Shown here piece after piece: positions 63,516-64,000 of a stretch of DNA of 64,000 nt. Each line of letters opens with the position of its first letter. Position 1 is the first letter of the stretch. Under the pieces are notes generated by a model. That model was not told the DNA's origin. It saw nothing but the letters and a program-made list of their open reading frames with translations, and ran no database searches. This DNA comes from Mobula birostris (lineage: Eukaryota), in assembly GCF_030028105.1 (NCBI RefSeq), contig NC_092378.1, forward strand, positions 49,138,400 through 49,202,399, read 5' to 3'. The position numbers were made by a program, and so were the translations under genes.

Positions 63516-64000
63516 CAAGAGACAAGCAATACAGTTTACACCAGAAGTGAAGGGAAAATTAATTAAAGTGGAATGGAACACTGGCTCCGCTGCTTCCACC
63601 ATTCCATAAAATGAGTTTGAATGACATTTCAAAAAGCTGAACTGAAGTCTACAGATATCCAGCTAAGAGCCTATACTGGAGAAAAGATAACTCCTGTAGG
63701 AATGACATTTGTAACAGTGCAATGCAACAACCAACAAGCCATATTGGGCTTTTATGTGATAAAAACAGGAGTCATTGTGTGGACACAGCTGGCTGAGACA
63801 ACTACAACTTGATCCATCCACCGTTTGCATGCCACATCCTCAGCAAAAGAGTCAACTGAAAGTGAATTAAGAAAGGTACTGGATGATGCCACAACAGTGT
63901 TCAGAGTGGCATTGGAAAACTCAAACATATCAATGGCAAAATAATATTAAACAAAAATGCCACATCAAAGTTTTACAAGCCTCTCTGTTTCTTATATCAT

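Larger units (their letters stand above)
61587..64000 (+). mobile_element. Degenerate Gypsy LTR retrotransposon: 5' LTR (~61587-61808), PBS remnant, gag, protease; runs off the window
   Basis: GKVDTFE..WMMYTERL; GKTHSLLRNLTAP.RPAENSFADIV; protease IKVEWNTGSAASTI; IQLRAYTGEKI. Confidence 0.88.

Overview
Eukaryotic, vertebrate DNA. The repeat families point to a cartilaginous fish, probably a ray (inference). The window reads as a repeat-dense long intron or intergenic region, and no host gene could be named. Nearly all ORFs in the supplied track are transposon remnants or their antisense shadows. Elements present: CR1 LINEs (one essentially full length, 10168-14524, minus), many Rex1/Babar LINEs, Penelope-like elements and their pLTR derivatives, an L1 3' end, a degenerate Gypsy element and a solo LTR, V-SINEs, Deu-domain SINEs, RTE/BovB-tailed tRNA SINEs, and several MITE-type DNA elements. 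Highlights: (1) minimal type-I hammerhead ribozyme motifs in Penelope pLTRs, four with intact cores, including a 281-bp palindromic two-ribozyme insertion with a 14-bp TSD; (2) a full-length but highly divergent 7SL/SRP-RNA copy with compensatory helix changes; (3) three DNA-element families with nested or duplicated termini, one with a 6-bp TSD; (4) plus-strand candidate micro/small exons and a YnCAG|GTAAGT site that is either an exon end or a recursive splice site. TE boundaries without TSDs are approximate (tens of bp), and family names come from recognition, not database searches.
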